In this document: positions 37,925-50,400 of the stretch, piece by piece | How the letters are laid out: each line of letters starts with the position of its first letter | Position numbering within the stretch: position 1 is the stretch's first letter | From: Cycas panzhihuaensis | Lineage: Eukaryota; Plantae; Cycadophyta | Direction of reading: 5' to 3' | NCBI GenBank assembly: GCA_023213395.1 | Contig: CM041465.1 | Coordinates: 100,509,741 to 100,573,740, forward strand | DNA: 64,000 nucleotides | Position numbers and translations under genes: made by a program | Notes under the pieces: generated by a model | Seen by the model: only the letters and a program-made list of their open reading frames with translations | What the model was told of the DNA's origin: nothing | The model's database searches: none

Positions 37925-40900
37925 TAAGGGTCATTAAGAACTACTATACACTAACTACAGATAAGATAAAGAGTTGGAGATCAAATGGTATATTGTGACT
38001 TTAGTTCACTCTCGAAGGACATCTGTGCACCTCGTGAGTGTAGGTTTAGGGATCCCACAATATGCATGTCCCTTTCTACCTATTGGGTCTAGGTGGGTTA
38101 TTTGATGGTGTGTTTGGTTTGCAAAAGGTTTGGCTCCCTTGGATTACTAATTAGCCCAAACAAGTTTCTCCTATCCTTGTTTTTGGAAAAAAGAATAGGT
38201 TCTTTCTTGGAAGAAGGAGAGAATGATGAATAGGAAACAAAGATAAAGGGAGAAGTTTGGTATATTCCCTTGATGTCTAAAAGGTTACCTTTAGGGTTTG
38301 GTGATAATCCAAAGTTCTATTGAGGTTTTCTTTGGTTATATGAGAAGATGATATTGTTTATTTGGATGTTGTCTTGTTTTAAATGTAATATTTTGTGTAG
38401 GATATAGATTGTAGTTATATTATTGCAAAAAAAATAATCAACTAACAATGCATAACAAATGCAAATCCTCACTCTCAAATTCAGTCTCTTAAACATTTGG
38501 CAAAAGAACCTTGAAGTTATATGCCTAAAATAAAGAAGTTAACTATACATTTGAGAGAGGTGTAAAAGAAGAGGAAAGATGAACATTCCTATACTTATGT
38601 GATGTTCTCCATCTTTGATATGCTTTTCCTTTTTCATGCAAGAAGGAATGTACCCCTCTAAAATAGGTTTTTAACTTTGTTTTATATGCATATACACGTG
38701 TGAATGACAAAATAACTCTTTCCTAATATGATTTTTCTTTATGAAAAAAGAGAGAAAGAGAGGAAGGAGATCTATTTCTTTTCTTTGGGCTGCTTCTCTT
38801 TCCTACAAATGCAAAAGAGATATGCTTTATAAAAGTAAATTTTTAACTTTTATTCCATATGCACATACAAGTGTTAATAATCAAGACATCAAGCTTAAAA
38901 GGAAGCAGGTAGAAGGATGAGAGGGTTTGGAAGGAGTATACCCTGTTTATGATATTTGAAGGTGACCTTGACCTTGCTCTTTCCTTATTCCTCCCTCGCC
39001 AATGATGCAAGATTCTTTGCCATGTGAGTTGTAAGAGGCAATGGGGCTTCCTTACCTTCCCCAAGCTTAAAGGAAATATTACATAAATAAAGGAAATAAA
39101 TAAGAAAAGAATAAATTGCATACCAAAATATGTCATCCTAAACTACAAATTGATGTTACCTTGTGATGGGGATTTGGGCCTTCTTACCATCTAGAAGGAG
39201 ATATGCTCCTCACCTACATACATAAGAAAAGACACTTCCCAAAGGAAATGTTGTAATATGCATACATATGTGTGTGTGTGTGTGTGTGTGTGTATACATA
39301 TATATGTATACATACATACATCTCTCTCTCTCTTTATATATATATATATATATATATACATATATATATGTGTGTGTGTGTGTGTGCATGCCTATGTGTG
39401 TGTGTGTCTGTATATGTACATGTGTATGTGTGTGTATATGTTTAAAAAATCCTTTAACTACTAATCAATCAAAAGAATTAAATCAAATGTTAATATTCTC
39501 TTTCAAAAAAATAAAGCATACAAGAAAACTATGAGAAGTAAGGAGAAGGGAGTGAATAATAGTACCTTAGTATGGTATGGCCCCCTAAATAAGAGTGGTG
39601 TCCCAAGTGTGACAAGAGGGATTATCCAGTCTTGCAATTTTAGGCTACGACCCAAACAGGAAAATAGGGTATAAGGATGAGATGCAGAGTCTCAATAAGT
39701 AAGCAACAAATGCTCACTAATTATTGGTATGGATATGTGGCTTGGTATTGGGACGGAAGGTGCATGCACCATGAGGTTGGATAGCATATAATGTTGGGAG
39801 AGAATTACCCAAGGAGAAGGGGGTGCAAAAGTTGTCACTTACACCCATTTCCCTTCTCTAAACTTCCTCAATTAGCCAGTGAACCACTCACTTCCTCCTC
39901 CAATACCTTGGTTATGAATGTGGAGAGTTTCAGGTTCATAAAAAATATTTTCTCTAAGATTTCTAAAGGAAGAAATATGGTTGACAGTATATATTATAGT
40001 TTTCAAGCTAGATTCTAACTAGAAATGAGCTAAATAGCTAAAAATCAAAGCGATCTATAGGAAATTTTCATTGAAAACTAGAGAATGGTTGGACCTTACC
40101 CATTTGATGCAAGCAAGCTTACTGTTTGTAAAAGAATTTATTGATGGAAGACCTTTTCAACTCTTGAAGGAGTTCCCTTTGAGAGATCCTTGAGGGTTGA
40201 GGGAAGAGGAGAGAGTGTTGTTGATTGCAAAGGTGAATTGAGGAGTATTTTATCCCAAAATTTGAGTTTTAGTGTGTGCTTCTTTCCCAAAATTGAGTTT
40301 TTACTTTCCTGTCTAGAAATGAGCTTGAATGATGAAGATTCAAATGAAAATGAAGTTTTTCTTATATGAGAGTGTTCCCCTAACTATTATGCCTCAATCT
40401 GGGATTGACTTGAGGTGTCATATGTGTCAAGGGGGTACATTAAATGCAATTTTAAATATTACTAGCTGTAGCTAGTTAAGTAATAGTTACGCTTCAAATT
40501 TTTTCATAGCACCACAAAGATACCTATGGGGTGCAAAAATTTAAGTGGGGAAGAACAACAATCACTACGGGACAAACAAGAAACTCTGTGGTGTAGAGAT
40601 AGAGTACAAAAATCAACTGACACTCAACAAAAAGCTACTCTAAAGGGAACTATATCCTATTTCTAACCTTTGTAGACTAACTTTGACACTATGAAGTGGC
40701 TAACCACATATGAAAAAGTGAGAATATGGGGTTTATAAGCAATAATAAATCGAAAGCAGATGAAAACAGAGCTGCATTAATACTAAGAAGATGCCTTATC
40801 AATTAGGAGACCACATCAAGGGCTTTAAATGCCATTGGACTAGAGTCATGGTCATCATAGGCATACAAGCAATCATAGGCAAGCCAAATAAACCACATAG

Positions 40901-41039
40901 ACATGCATCCAATAGTCATATAATCATTAGGCAAACCCATAAGCACAAAAGGCATAGTCAGAAAAAGGACAAGGTGGGAGATGTAGCTACACTTACCTGC
41001 ATTGTGAACTCCTGATCCATTCCTGGTATGTAGGAAAGA
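37925..41039 (-). repeat. 5' LTR of element D (~3.1 kb)
   Basis: Aligns with 25975-27338; family terminal motif at ~41008-41039; inner boundary approximate. Confidence 0.7.
39258..39440. repeat. Compound (TG)/(TA)/(TC) microsatellite inside the LTR of D
   Basis: Directly visible. Confidence 0.95.
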
Positions 41040-43267
41040 CTATACTATTATGCTATTGAATTTTCCTTAGAGTTTTGGCAACTTTACCTTATATAGTAGT
41101 ATCCTATTAGAGTTGAAAGCAACGTACCAAGAGAAAATCAAAGGAACTTGAAGGAGAATATTGTAGTCATTGGGCACCTAATCTCCTAAAGGTGAAGGTA
41201 ATCCTCACCCATATTTGTTAATGGTTATTTCTTTCAGCTTCATCTTTTCCATTTTCATGCCATATTTATATGATTAAATGATAGGCTTAGCTAGTAGTTT
41301 ATCCTTTTATTTTATAATTTTTTTGTGTCATTGGTAATTGTTTCCTCAACTCCATGCTTCTATTGCTTTCTCTCTTTAGTTTTTTAGAAGTTGCAAGTTA
41401 GGGAAATAACACCTAAGTACACTTAAGGAGCCTACATTATATTGGAGGACAATATCCATTATGAGGCATCTCCACCAATCCCACCTACTATGTTTCATCA
41501 CTTAGAGATAACATCTTAATTATTGTAGGAGTTTACCTAACATTATTCAAAGATATATATTTATGTATTGTTGGATTCCTTGGGCAAATACTTTTTTTAC
41601 AAGTTACTAATTTATTTGCAGGAAGGAAGAAGGAGCTACAAGGTTATCAAATAATGCATTTCTCTCTAAGTAACTCCTTTCCAACTTTCATTTCAGTCAT
41701 CATCTTGATAAGGTAAGGTTGAAGCCTTATTTTCTTTTCACTTTTGATCATTTCCTTGTTTCAACATTCTTTTGTTTCTTCATAACACACCTAATAAGTA
41801 GAAATGCTATTAGATTTACCTTAGAATTAATTAGTGGTACTTTTCCTTGTCCTTTCATCTCTTCGTTATATTCCAGATATGTTGGGAGAAGGTATGGGTC
41901 ATAAACAACTGCCAACCAAACAAGTATGTTATCTTGAACTTTTATTTGTTATCATTTCTTTGTAAAGCAAAAATAAAAAGGAAAAAAAGAAAGAGAGTAC
42001 AAAGATTTCTTTTCTTTGTTCTAAAAGAAAAAAAAGGAAAGAAAACAAAAGAAAAAAGGAAAGGAAAGATTTGCATACTCACTTCTCCTCCTTTTTTCCC
42101 CAAAAATAAAAGAAAAGAAAGGAAAAGAATAAAGCCATCTTCTTTTCTTTTTTTTCTTCCTTTTACCCTTTTTGCACTTGCATTTCACTCTAGTAGGAGT
42201 AAGGAGTTGAATTACTTGCATGCAAATAAGAATAAACTCAAGATGTGAAGAGGAACCATGTCATCATGAGTCTTGAATCTACAAGGGGACATTACAACAA
42301 AAGCTAGGTTAGGATAACAGTTATTTTCATTCAAAAGAAGAGAAATCATATAGTTTGGATTTAGGTGAATGTATTGTTTCCCCCTTAGTCAGCCTTAGGT
42401 TTTGATACACAGAATAAAAAAAAAAGAGACAAACAAAAACACAACCACAAGTTGACCCCAATACATATACACATATCACTTTTCCCTTAGTTTAACTTCC
42501 TATCATAGCTCAGTCATATAGGCCCCTTTATAAACGTACTTAAGAAGTGAATGAACACCTGAGTTGGCATCATAAGATTTGTCTACTCTTATTAGGTGTT
42601 TGCACCCTAGGTCTTATGTGTGAACTAAAGGAGAACCAATCTTATCTCACCAATGCTTTGGCACATTTCATTAGTGACCATACTGAGGACTTATTAGTAG
42701 GAGTGCCATTAATGCCTTTAGGTACTCTTATCCCTCTTCAATTACCTTGAGTTTTGTTTAAGATTTTTTGATCAAATTACACCATATAATCAACCCTACT
42801 CTCTTTTGTTCATCCAAGTCAACCTGTTGGCCTGTGGATGCGATGCTTCTCTCATCACTTACATGGCCTTGGACCCTTGGATCTAGAATCATTCTACACC
42901 TCCATTGAGTCAAGTGACCAAGAGCCACCAATGGAGGGTTACCCATCCAATTGGGAATATGATTCATATGCCCAAGAGTGTACTCTTATTGAGGCCTTAT
43001 ATCCTTATAAAGATCCCTCCCATATGGGTGTGGATCCTTTATATTATACCCATGATCTCACTAAGGTCTAACATAACCCAATCACCCCCATACTTATATT
43101 ATTAGGGGATCCCAACCTTAAGACTTTGCTCAACAACATGAGCAATCTACCCTTCCATTTTCCTTTTATTTTGATTAGCAAGGGGGGCACCCTTCCTATT
43201 TTGACCAAATTCATACCCCTCAAGGAGATGTGACAGAGGTCCTAAGGGCCTATTTTGAAGTGGTAGA
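41040..43267 (+). mobile_element. Tat-like remnant E: LTR 3' part, PBS and start of gag N-terminus; target of element F
   Basis: ...ATTTCA (42670) followed by PBS-like TAGTGACCATACTGAGGA; motifs RCFSHHLHGLGP and PMEGYPSNWEY shared with A, D and F. Confidence 0.7.
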
Positions 43268-45109
43268 TGTTTCCTAGCTACTGAGAATAGACATGGACAA
43301 CTCACCTCAAGTAAGAACATGTATGTCTCTATTCTCACTTTCATTAGCTTTAGGATTCTATTAGATTAAAATAGATGCACATTGCATGTTGATTAACCGA
43401 TTGCCTAATCATTATGCTTGGCTTGCCTGTATATTCATGTTTTCACATAATATTCTAGCCTATGATGACTTGGGATACGTATCACATGGCATCTAACGAC
43501 CCTTTGCCATGTCTCCACAATGTCCCCAAGCACTCTTGGCTCCCATAGCCCATCCTTTATCACTCTTTGGTATGGCGTGACCCTGTAGTAACCCATTTAG
43601 GCCTAATTGTGGCCCTTGTTCACCATTTGTCTCTCTTTGGGGCCTTGTTGCCATTCTTTCTCGTTCATCATGGTCCCTCTAGGTCCTATAACCCCTCTTG
43701 GCACCTTGACATTATATTATTGTCCTTTTGGGGTCTAGGGCCCCCTTTTAGGGAGCCTTCTTGGATCCCCCTTTTCTGTTTTTACCTAGTTTTGAGTACA
43801 CCATTGTAAATTCTATGATACTATTGCAAACTTCATAGTATTACGAAGTTTATCATGGTGTGACTATTCAAATTTATTTTTTTATCTAGCCATGACCAAT
43901 TTATCATTAAATGTGAAATTAACATGTGGTGTCAAGCTATTTCCCACCCAGGGTGAGCCCTAATCTCCTGTTAGGCTAGGGTTGGGTTTAAAAACCCAAA
44001 ATTTACCTCATTCCTCCTCTTCTTCCTCTGCATCTCTAAGAAAATTTTCTGAAATGAAGGTTCTCACCTGCTTTACCAGTCCTCAACTCCTACCGTCATC
44101 TCCCTTAGGGTAAAACCCTAAGTTATAGGTCTGTAGTAGTGCGATTTAGGATAAATCTCATCCATAAGCATCCCATTAAGGCATAAGCACCATATTTGTT
44201 TAGAAGTCATACTCTTTCCTTACACCATTACATGGGTTCTTCATTAATCTTCCAAGGGGAGCCTCTCTCCAACCATTATACAAAGTAGATCTACCTCAGA
44301 TCTACTCTTACTAGGTATTTACGGGCATGTACACCATTATTTTCCTTAAGCATAAGGGTTTTGTTGCTTACTTTTTCTATTACTATGTGAAACTACCTCC
44401 TATTTATCCATTCCTGAAGGCAAACCCTTCCCTTTCTTAGGATTACTTCCTTGCACCTTGAGGTTTCCTTCGGGTTGACTCAAGGAGGTGGAGAGAAAAG
44501 AGTCCAAGGAAGAGAAAAAGGAGTTTCAAATAGGGTTTCGTACCCTTTTGCCATCTCCTCAAGGGTAGCCCCCTACTCTTCATTCCTTTTCCTCTCCTAA
44601 TACCTCTCTCATCCACCTAAAAATCCTTGGGGTAGGGAGCCTTATTAGTTATAGCATTAGTAGCACCTTGCTATGCCTACAACCAGCTATCATAGCCCCA
44701 TAAAATCTATTTTTTAGTAGCAACTTCTTGGTATTTACATTGTTTCAATCTTGTCTTTGCAAAATCTTATAAAAGTTGCTAGTTGTAACTTTTACAACTT
44801 TTACATTTCCTTGCAACTTTTCCACATATGAAGTTTATTGCTCTTTTACCATTGGAAAAACTTGGCTTATGTCTCATTTGCTTGCTTGAGTGCTTAGGGT
44901 ATGTGAAGACATCCCATTGGAGGGTTAGCTATTCTGAGGCTACCCTTCTCTCTTCCTTTCACCCCTCTTTCCCACAACCATTGAAATATGTTGTATGCAT
45001 AATAAGTAAAATTAGCATTGTATATGGTGCTCATTTGAAGGATTTGCATAAGGTTACTCTTCCTTTTCCTTTTTCCTTTTGATAAGCATATATATATATA
45101 TATATATAT

Positions 45110-45162
<53 letters not shown>

Positions 45163-46502
45163 TATATATATATATATGATTACTCTCATGCATGTCTAGT
45201 ACCCCTTGGGAAAGAGTAAACCATTTGTTGTTTAGGTCTCACCTCTTTGGAGCAACTGAGGGTCTTACATTATTTTGAAACTTTATTGTAAGCAATTCTT
45301 TTTTTTTTCCTTTGGTTCTTTTTGCATTTAGATATTGGGGAAGGTAAGGATACCCAACTAGTGTTCCTCTCACAATATCAATCGCAACAAGGAGCGTTGA
45401 GTGAATGAGCATGGATCGCAAAGAAAGTGAAAAGGTCTCTACACCGACCGTCCATTTTTTAGGTGTATTTCTTTCTATCCTCTCATCCATTCCTTTCCCT
45501 CCTTTACTCCCAAAAGAAGAAAAGGAAGAACAAAAGAAGAGATAGTTTTGTGTTTCATTGTTCGTTGCTTGATTTGTTTGATCATATAGGGGGAAGGAGT
45601 AATTACTTTGCACAAGTAGGTGTCGATACTCATTAGTTGCATCTTTACCCCCCTCTTTTGGCTCAAAATCTTACATTTGCCAGAGTCTAAGTGTAAAGGG
45701 TTATGAGTCTCTCTACTCTCAACCTATCCTCTTTTACATATACCATTGGGTTGACTTGCATTAGTCCTCACATCCTATTTATACACTTCTTGCCTACTTG
45801 TTTCTTTTTATGCTCATAAAAAGATAAAGAGAGAGAGGCTAGGATTTAGGAAGAGAGAGAGAGAGTTGTTATCTTGTTTATTTTCTTTTTTAATTCAAAT
45901 ACAAACCAGAAACAACAACAGCTCGTAGCACTATCCCACCTCATTATATAACAAAAACAAAGAAACAAAGCACATTGCGTCATCCCGTACATCTAACTAT
46001 CTGTTTCAAGTGTAGGCACCTTAGGGGCACTTCTCCCTTGAGGTCTTCCTCTCCTTTTTGGTATGGCCTCACTTTGCCTTATCTCCATTTAGAAGTTGGC
46101 ATTTTTGAGCCCAACTTCCCCTTCTTATCCAAACTACCAGTTACCCATTGCTTCCCTATAGGTACTTCCTCTTTTAGTTAGGACCTATCCCTCTCGTTCC
46201 CTCTCCTTGAGAAGGGTGTATCCGTCTTGATCCTTCTTCTTTGGCCATCTAGGTTAGAAGGCTCCCTTGAGGCTACTCAGCAAACCGAGGGGGCCTCCCT
46301 TTTATCTATCTCAAATCAAGAAGGTGCTCACCTTGAGGGGGAGTTTGTGCACCATTTGCAAGTCTTTAAACTTGCATTCCAATGCATGGATGCTCTTTGT
46401 GGGTAATAATTTCTCTTACTTCTATAAATCCTATATCCCTATGACTATTGATTGTATTAGCTTGATCTCTTCGTATCTGGTGCCTCCTAGATGTGTGCTT
46501 CA
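43268..46502 (+). repeat. 5' LTR of element F
   Basis: TGTTTCCTAGCTAC...GTGTGCTTCA; collinear with 56161-59387. Confidence 0.92.
45088..45177. repeat. (TA)n in the 5' LTR of F
   Basis: About 90 bp here versus about 12 bp at the matching site ~57997-58009. Confidence 0.95.
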
Positions 46503-46504
46503 AT

Positions 46505-46521
46505 TGGTGACTATACTAGAG
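46505..46521 (+). promoter_or_regulatory. Degenerate tRNA-Arg-type PBS of F
   Basis: TGGTGACTATACTAGAG 2 nt after the LTR end. Confidence 0.7.
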
Positions 46522-46603
46522 TCTTGTTAGTATGGGGTCTATCCTAGTCCCTTTTTTGTTGGTGCTACTTCTCCTTTGGTAGCCTTCCTGGATTCATTGG
46601 GAA

Positions 46604-47454
46604 ACCCCTAATGCCTATTATTTTGTCACCCCTCTTTCTTCCAACTCTTAGGAAAGACTTATATGCAATTATTCTCTTGTCATTTATGAGGTCTCCCTCC
46701 TTCATTGGAAGACTCTCATTATTCTCCCCTTCCATTATTGGATTTCAAATTGACCACGGAGGGATTACCTTTAGATTGGGCATACCATATCTATGTTTTT
46801 AAGTCTCACCAACCTTCTACTTCTTTCCAGGGACCCACCCAAGAGGGTGAGGAACTTATTTTCTATCCAAGTGACTAAGAGCACCCGTGAGTTCATCACA
46901 TTTCCACTCATGAAGTGGAAGCATCTTCTCCCATGGGATATCACCATCCTGGTGATAATGCGCATGAGGATCACCCTATGGAGTCCACTTCATACAAGGA
47001 TCCTTCAACCTCATATAAGCAAGTGGATACCCCTAATGCCTATTATTTTGTCACCCCTCTTTCTTCCAACTCTTAGGAAAGACTTATATGCGATTATTCT
47101 CTTGTCATTTATGAGGTCTCCCTCCTTCATTGGAAGACTCTTATTATTCTCCCCTTCCATTATTGGATTTCAAATCAACCACGGAGGGATTACCTTTAGA
47201 TTGGGCATACCATATCTATGTTTTTGAGTCTCACCAACCTTCTACTTCTTTCCAGGGACCCACCCAAGAGGGTGAGGAACTTATTTTCTACCCAAGTGAC
47301 TAAGAGCACCCGTGAGTTCATCACATTTCCACTCACGAAGTGGAAGCATCTTCTCCCATGGGATATCACCATCCTGGTGATAACGCGTATGAGGATCACC
47401 CTATGGAGTCCACTTCATACAAGGTTCCTTCAACCTCCTATAAGCAAGTGGATA
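46604..47454. repeat. 425-bp tandem duplication
   Basis: ATGCCTATTATTTTG at 46611 and 47036; copies nearly identical. Confidence 0.95.
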
Positions 47455-50400
47455 CTCCTCCCATAGACATAATGGAAGTGCTTAATCAGTGCTTCCAAGT
47501 GGCTAGCCTCCAACCATATCCCAAATGGTTGGATAACATTTTGCGAAGCATAGCACTCCCCTCCTCCACATCTATAACTTCACATTCATTTCATTCAACT
47601 TCCCTACCTATAACGGGGGCATCCCTCATTGTGTCTTCTTCTTCTTCTTATCTACATTCCTTCGGGGCCACCTAAGGTATACCCACTCCCTAACCTAGGT
47701 TGAGTATGCCTTCTTCTAGCCAAGCGAGTATGCCCCAACCAACCATAATCCATTCACCTCCTATCAGATCTAGGGGACTTACATATCCCCCTACTTCCAG
47801 TCGCATGGGACAAGGCCCCATATATTCCCAAACTCAACCTAGGGATTCCTCCCTTTACATGCCCCTGGGATATACTTCCAAGCCATGGGGGCATAGTAAG
47901 GGGAATCCTCTCCCTATCTATGGAGTGGACCCCTTGCATCCATATGGCATTGCACCACCTATAAGTGGCCCATATAGGAAACATCTGGTTCTATACCCAT
48001 CTATCCCTTCTTCTCATGTTTCTTCTTATGTGGTGTCTTCACAAGGAGGGAAAGCCCCTTCTCAAGGCACCCTTTCTCAGGTCCCATTTCAACAAGGGGC
48101 ATATGCTTAAGGAGGGATGGGTCCTTCTTACCCATCCACTCCTTTTCCGATCCCCTCATATTTGGGATTAGTTCCCTCCCACCAAGTGGGAGGAGGTTCA
48201 TATCCCCTTTCAAGCTAAGTTTCCCAAGGAGGATTTGGGCATCCTTGCCTACTTCCTCCTTCATCCTTCATTAACCCTACAGTCTAACCAAGGGCTTATC
48301 CCTTCATGGACTATAGGTCAACCCCCTTATCCATTAAGGTGTTAAGAACTAACTTATCACCTTGCCCTCCAAAGATGCCCAAGTTTGATGAGACCTCTTC
48401 TTAAGACTCAACAAAGCATATTAGAAGCTTTTCTATGGCATGCATCAACTATTGGGCATACGATCATATTCTGATGAAACTTTTCCTATGTTCCCTGCAA
48501 GGCGATGCCTTTAAATGGTTTTATCACCTTCTTGTACATTCTATCCACTTATTCTAGTAACTCGTCAACGAGTTCGCTAATTATTTTGATGTTGCTCATC
48601 CCTTTGAGAGCGGAATGAAGGCTCTCTTGTCCCTCAAACAAGGTCACAATGAGATAAATCATGACTTTGTGAGGTACTTCCATGATCTCCTCCACTCCAG
48701 TAAGGTAACCTTACTTGAGGAGTTAAAGAGGGATCTTTTTATAAATGCTCTTCGCCCTAAAGTGCATGTTGAAGTCCTCAAGATGGGAGCAATGCCATGT
48801 GACTCTGCCATAGCCAAATGTTTGGCTCTCGAGGCTATTGAGATCCAAGCGGGTATCAAGAAACCTCTTAAGTCATCGCAACAATGTGAGGCACCTCCTT
48901 CGTCCTGTGACACTAAAACCCAAGAACCTCCTAGGTCTTTGACTCATTCGACGGAGAAGACCTTGGACCCCTTAACTTTTGCTATATGTTCTTTTGAATA
49001 TACAATGAAGGTTCTTAAACTCCAAGCCCCTTCATCAGCTACTTTCCATAAACCTCTTCATCAAGCCTCTTAAGCTGCACCTCCTAAGAACAACAGTACC
49101 CAAGCTTCTCAAGCAAGGAGGACAGACTCTTCCTTAGCGAAGAAATGGTGTTCCATGCATGGTGAGTGATTCCATGAGGACTCATAATATAGGGCACAAC
49201 ATCCCAGATCCACCCCATATCATGACTCCTCTTCTAAATGGGCATCTAGGCCCAATCTAGACCAACCCATTTATAGAGATCCTTTTCTCAAATAAGGGGA
49301 ACATGATCACCATACCTAGTAAAGGGGGAATCAAAATAGGGAAAGATCCCATAACCCTCACCCCGCGCAAGCCAAGGGAAAGGGGGTAAGGAATTCTTCC
49401 TCCTCTTCTAATTCCCACCAACAAACTCCTTCTTCCTCCTGATCCTAAAATAAGAGAAAGAGAGTTATCCAGATGCTTGAGACTATGTCTTTATATGCCT
49501 TGACCTAGTCCCAAGCAGCTAAAGAAGTAATAGGTGGTTCTTCTTCTTCTCATCCTGACCCTCTATTGGAGAATCCTCTTTTAGAGATCTCGTCGCTTCC
49601 CAAAATAATCCTCGTTCACCCTAGTCATTATGATTTCTAAAGGATGCTTCCTTGACCTATCATGAAGGGGAAGCCCTTCTCTATCATCAATAAGCTTCAT
49701 ATTGTGGCTACAGGGATGTTCATGATGGACATCTTGAGAAGTTGTCTAGAGCAACGTGCTCTCCTCCTACAGACTCTGAGGTTAGTTAATGCTTCTATTC
49801 ATGCCTTGGGTGTTGCTCCAAGTTAGGAACTTGTCATTTTATTCGACCTTAAAGATCTCCCTCCCGCCGATGAAAGGGAACGTCAATGGCACTACCCTTT
49901 CACCATATCCATAGACATACCTAAATGTACTCTTCAAAGGACTATTATATACAATAGTTCTTCTGTTAATACTATGCCCTTGTGGATCATGCAAGAGTTT
50001 AGCATAAAGGCCCTTGAGCCTATCCCTTGGCATTGTTAAGGCTATGATGGTAGCAAGAAAATTCCCTTGGAATCTATTTCTATTCCTCTTACTCTTAAGG
50101 ACAATACCATCCTCACTAACATCATAGTCCTTGACATAGATATAGACTACAATCTCTTGTCAAGACATCCATAGCTTAATCAGATGGGAGTTGTGCATTT
50201 ATCTCATTAGAGGCAACTCAAATTTGTCCATGAAAGGTGAATGAAGGTTGTTTCTCAGGAGCATCCTCTCAACAAATAGTCACACCAATCCTATCAAGAA
50301 GTTCATGACCTGACAAAGGGTAATAAGGGCCCATCTGCTCATGTTTTTGCTTGCTCTATAAACCTCCCTAGCTCATCTTGCTTGGAAGAAGGCCCTTTCC

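Larger units (their letters stand above)
25975..41039 (-). mobile_element. Tat/Ogre-like gypsy element D: gag-protease only, with antisense PMD gene and truncated 3' LTR
   Basis: LTR pair 25975-27338 / ~37925-41039; PPT at 27339-27348; degenerate PBS ~37905-37922; gag and protease homologous to elements A and F. Confidence 0.8.

Noticed and set aside
41847-42248. Lys-rich 133-aa ORF
   Set aside because: Low-complexity A/T tracts inside an LTR
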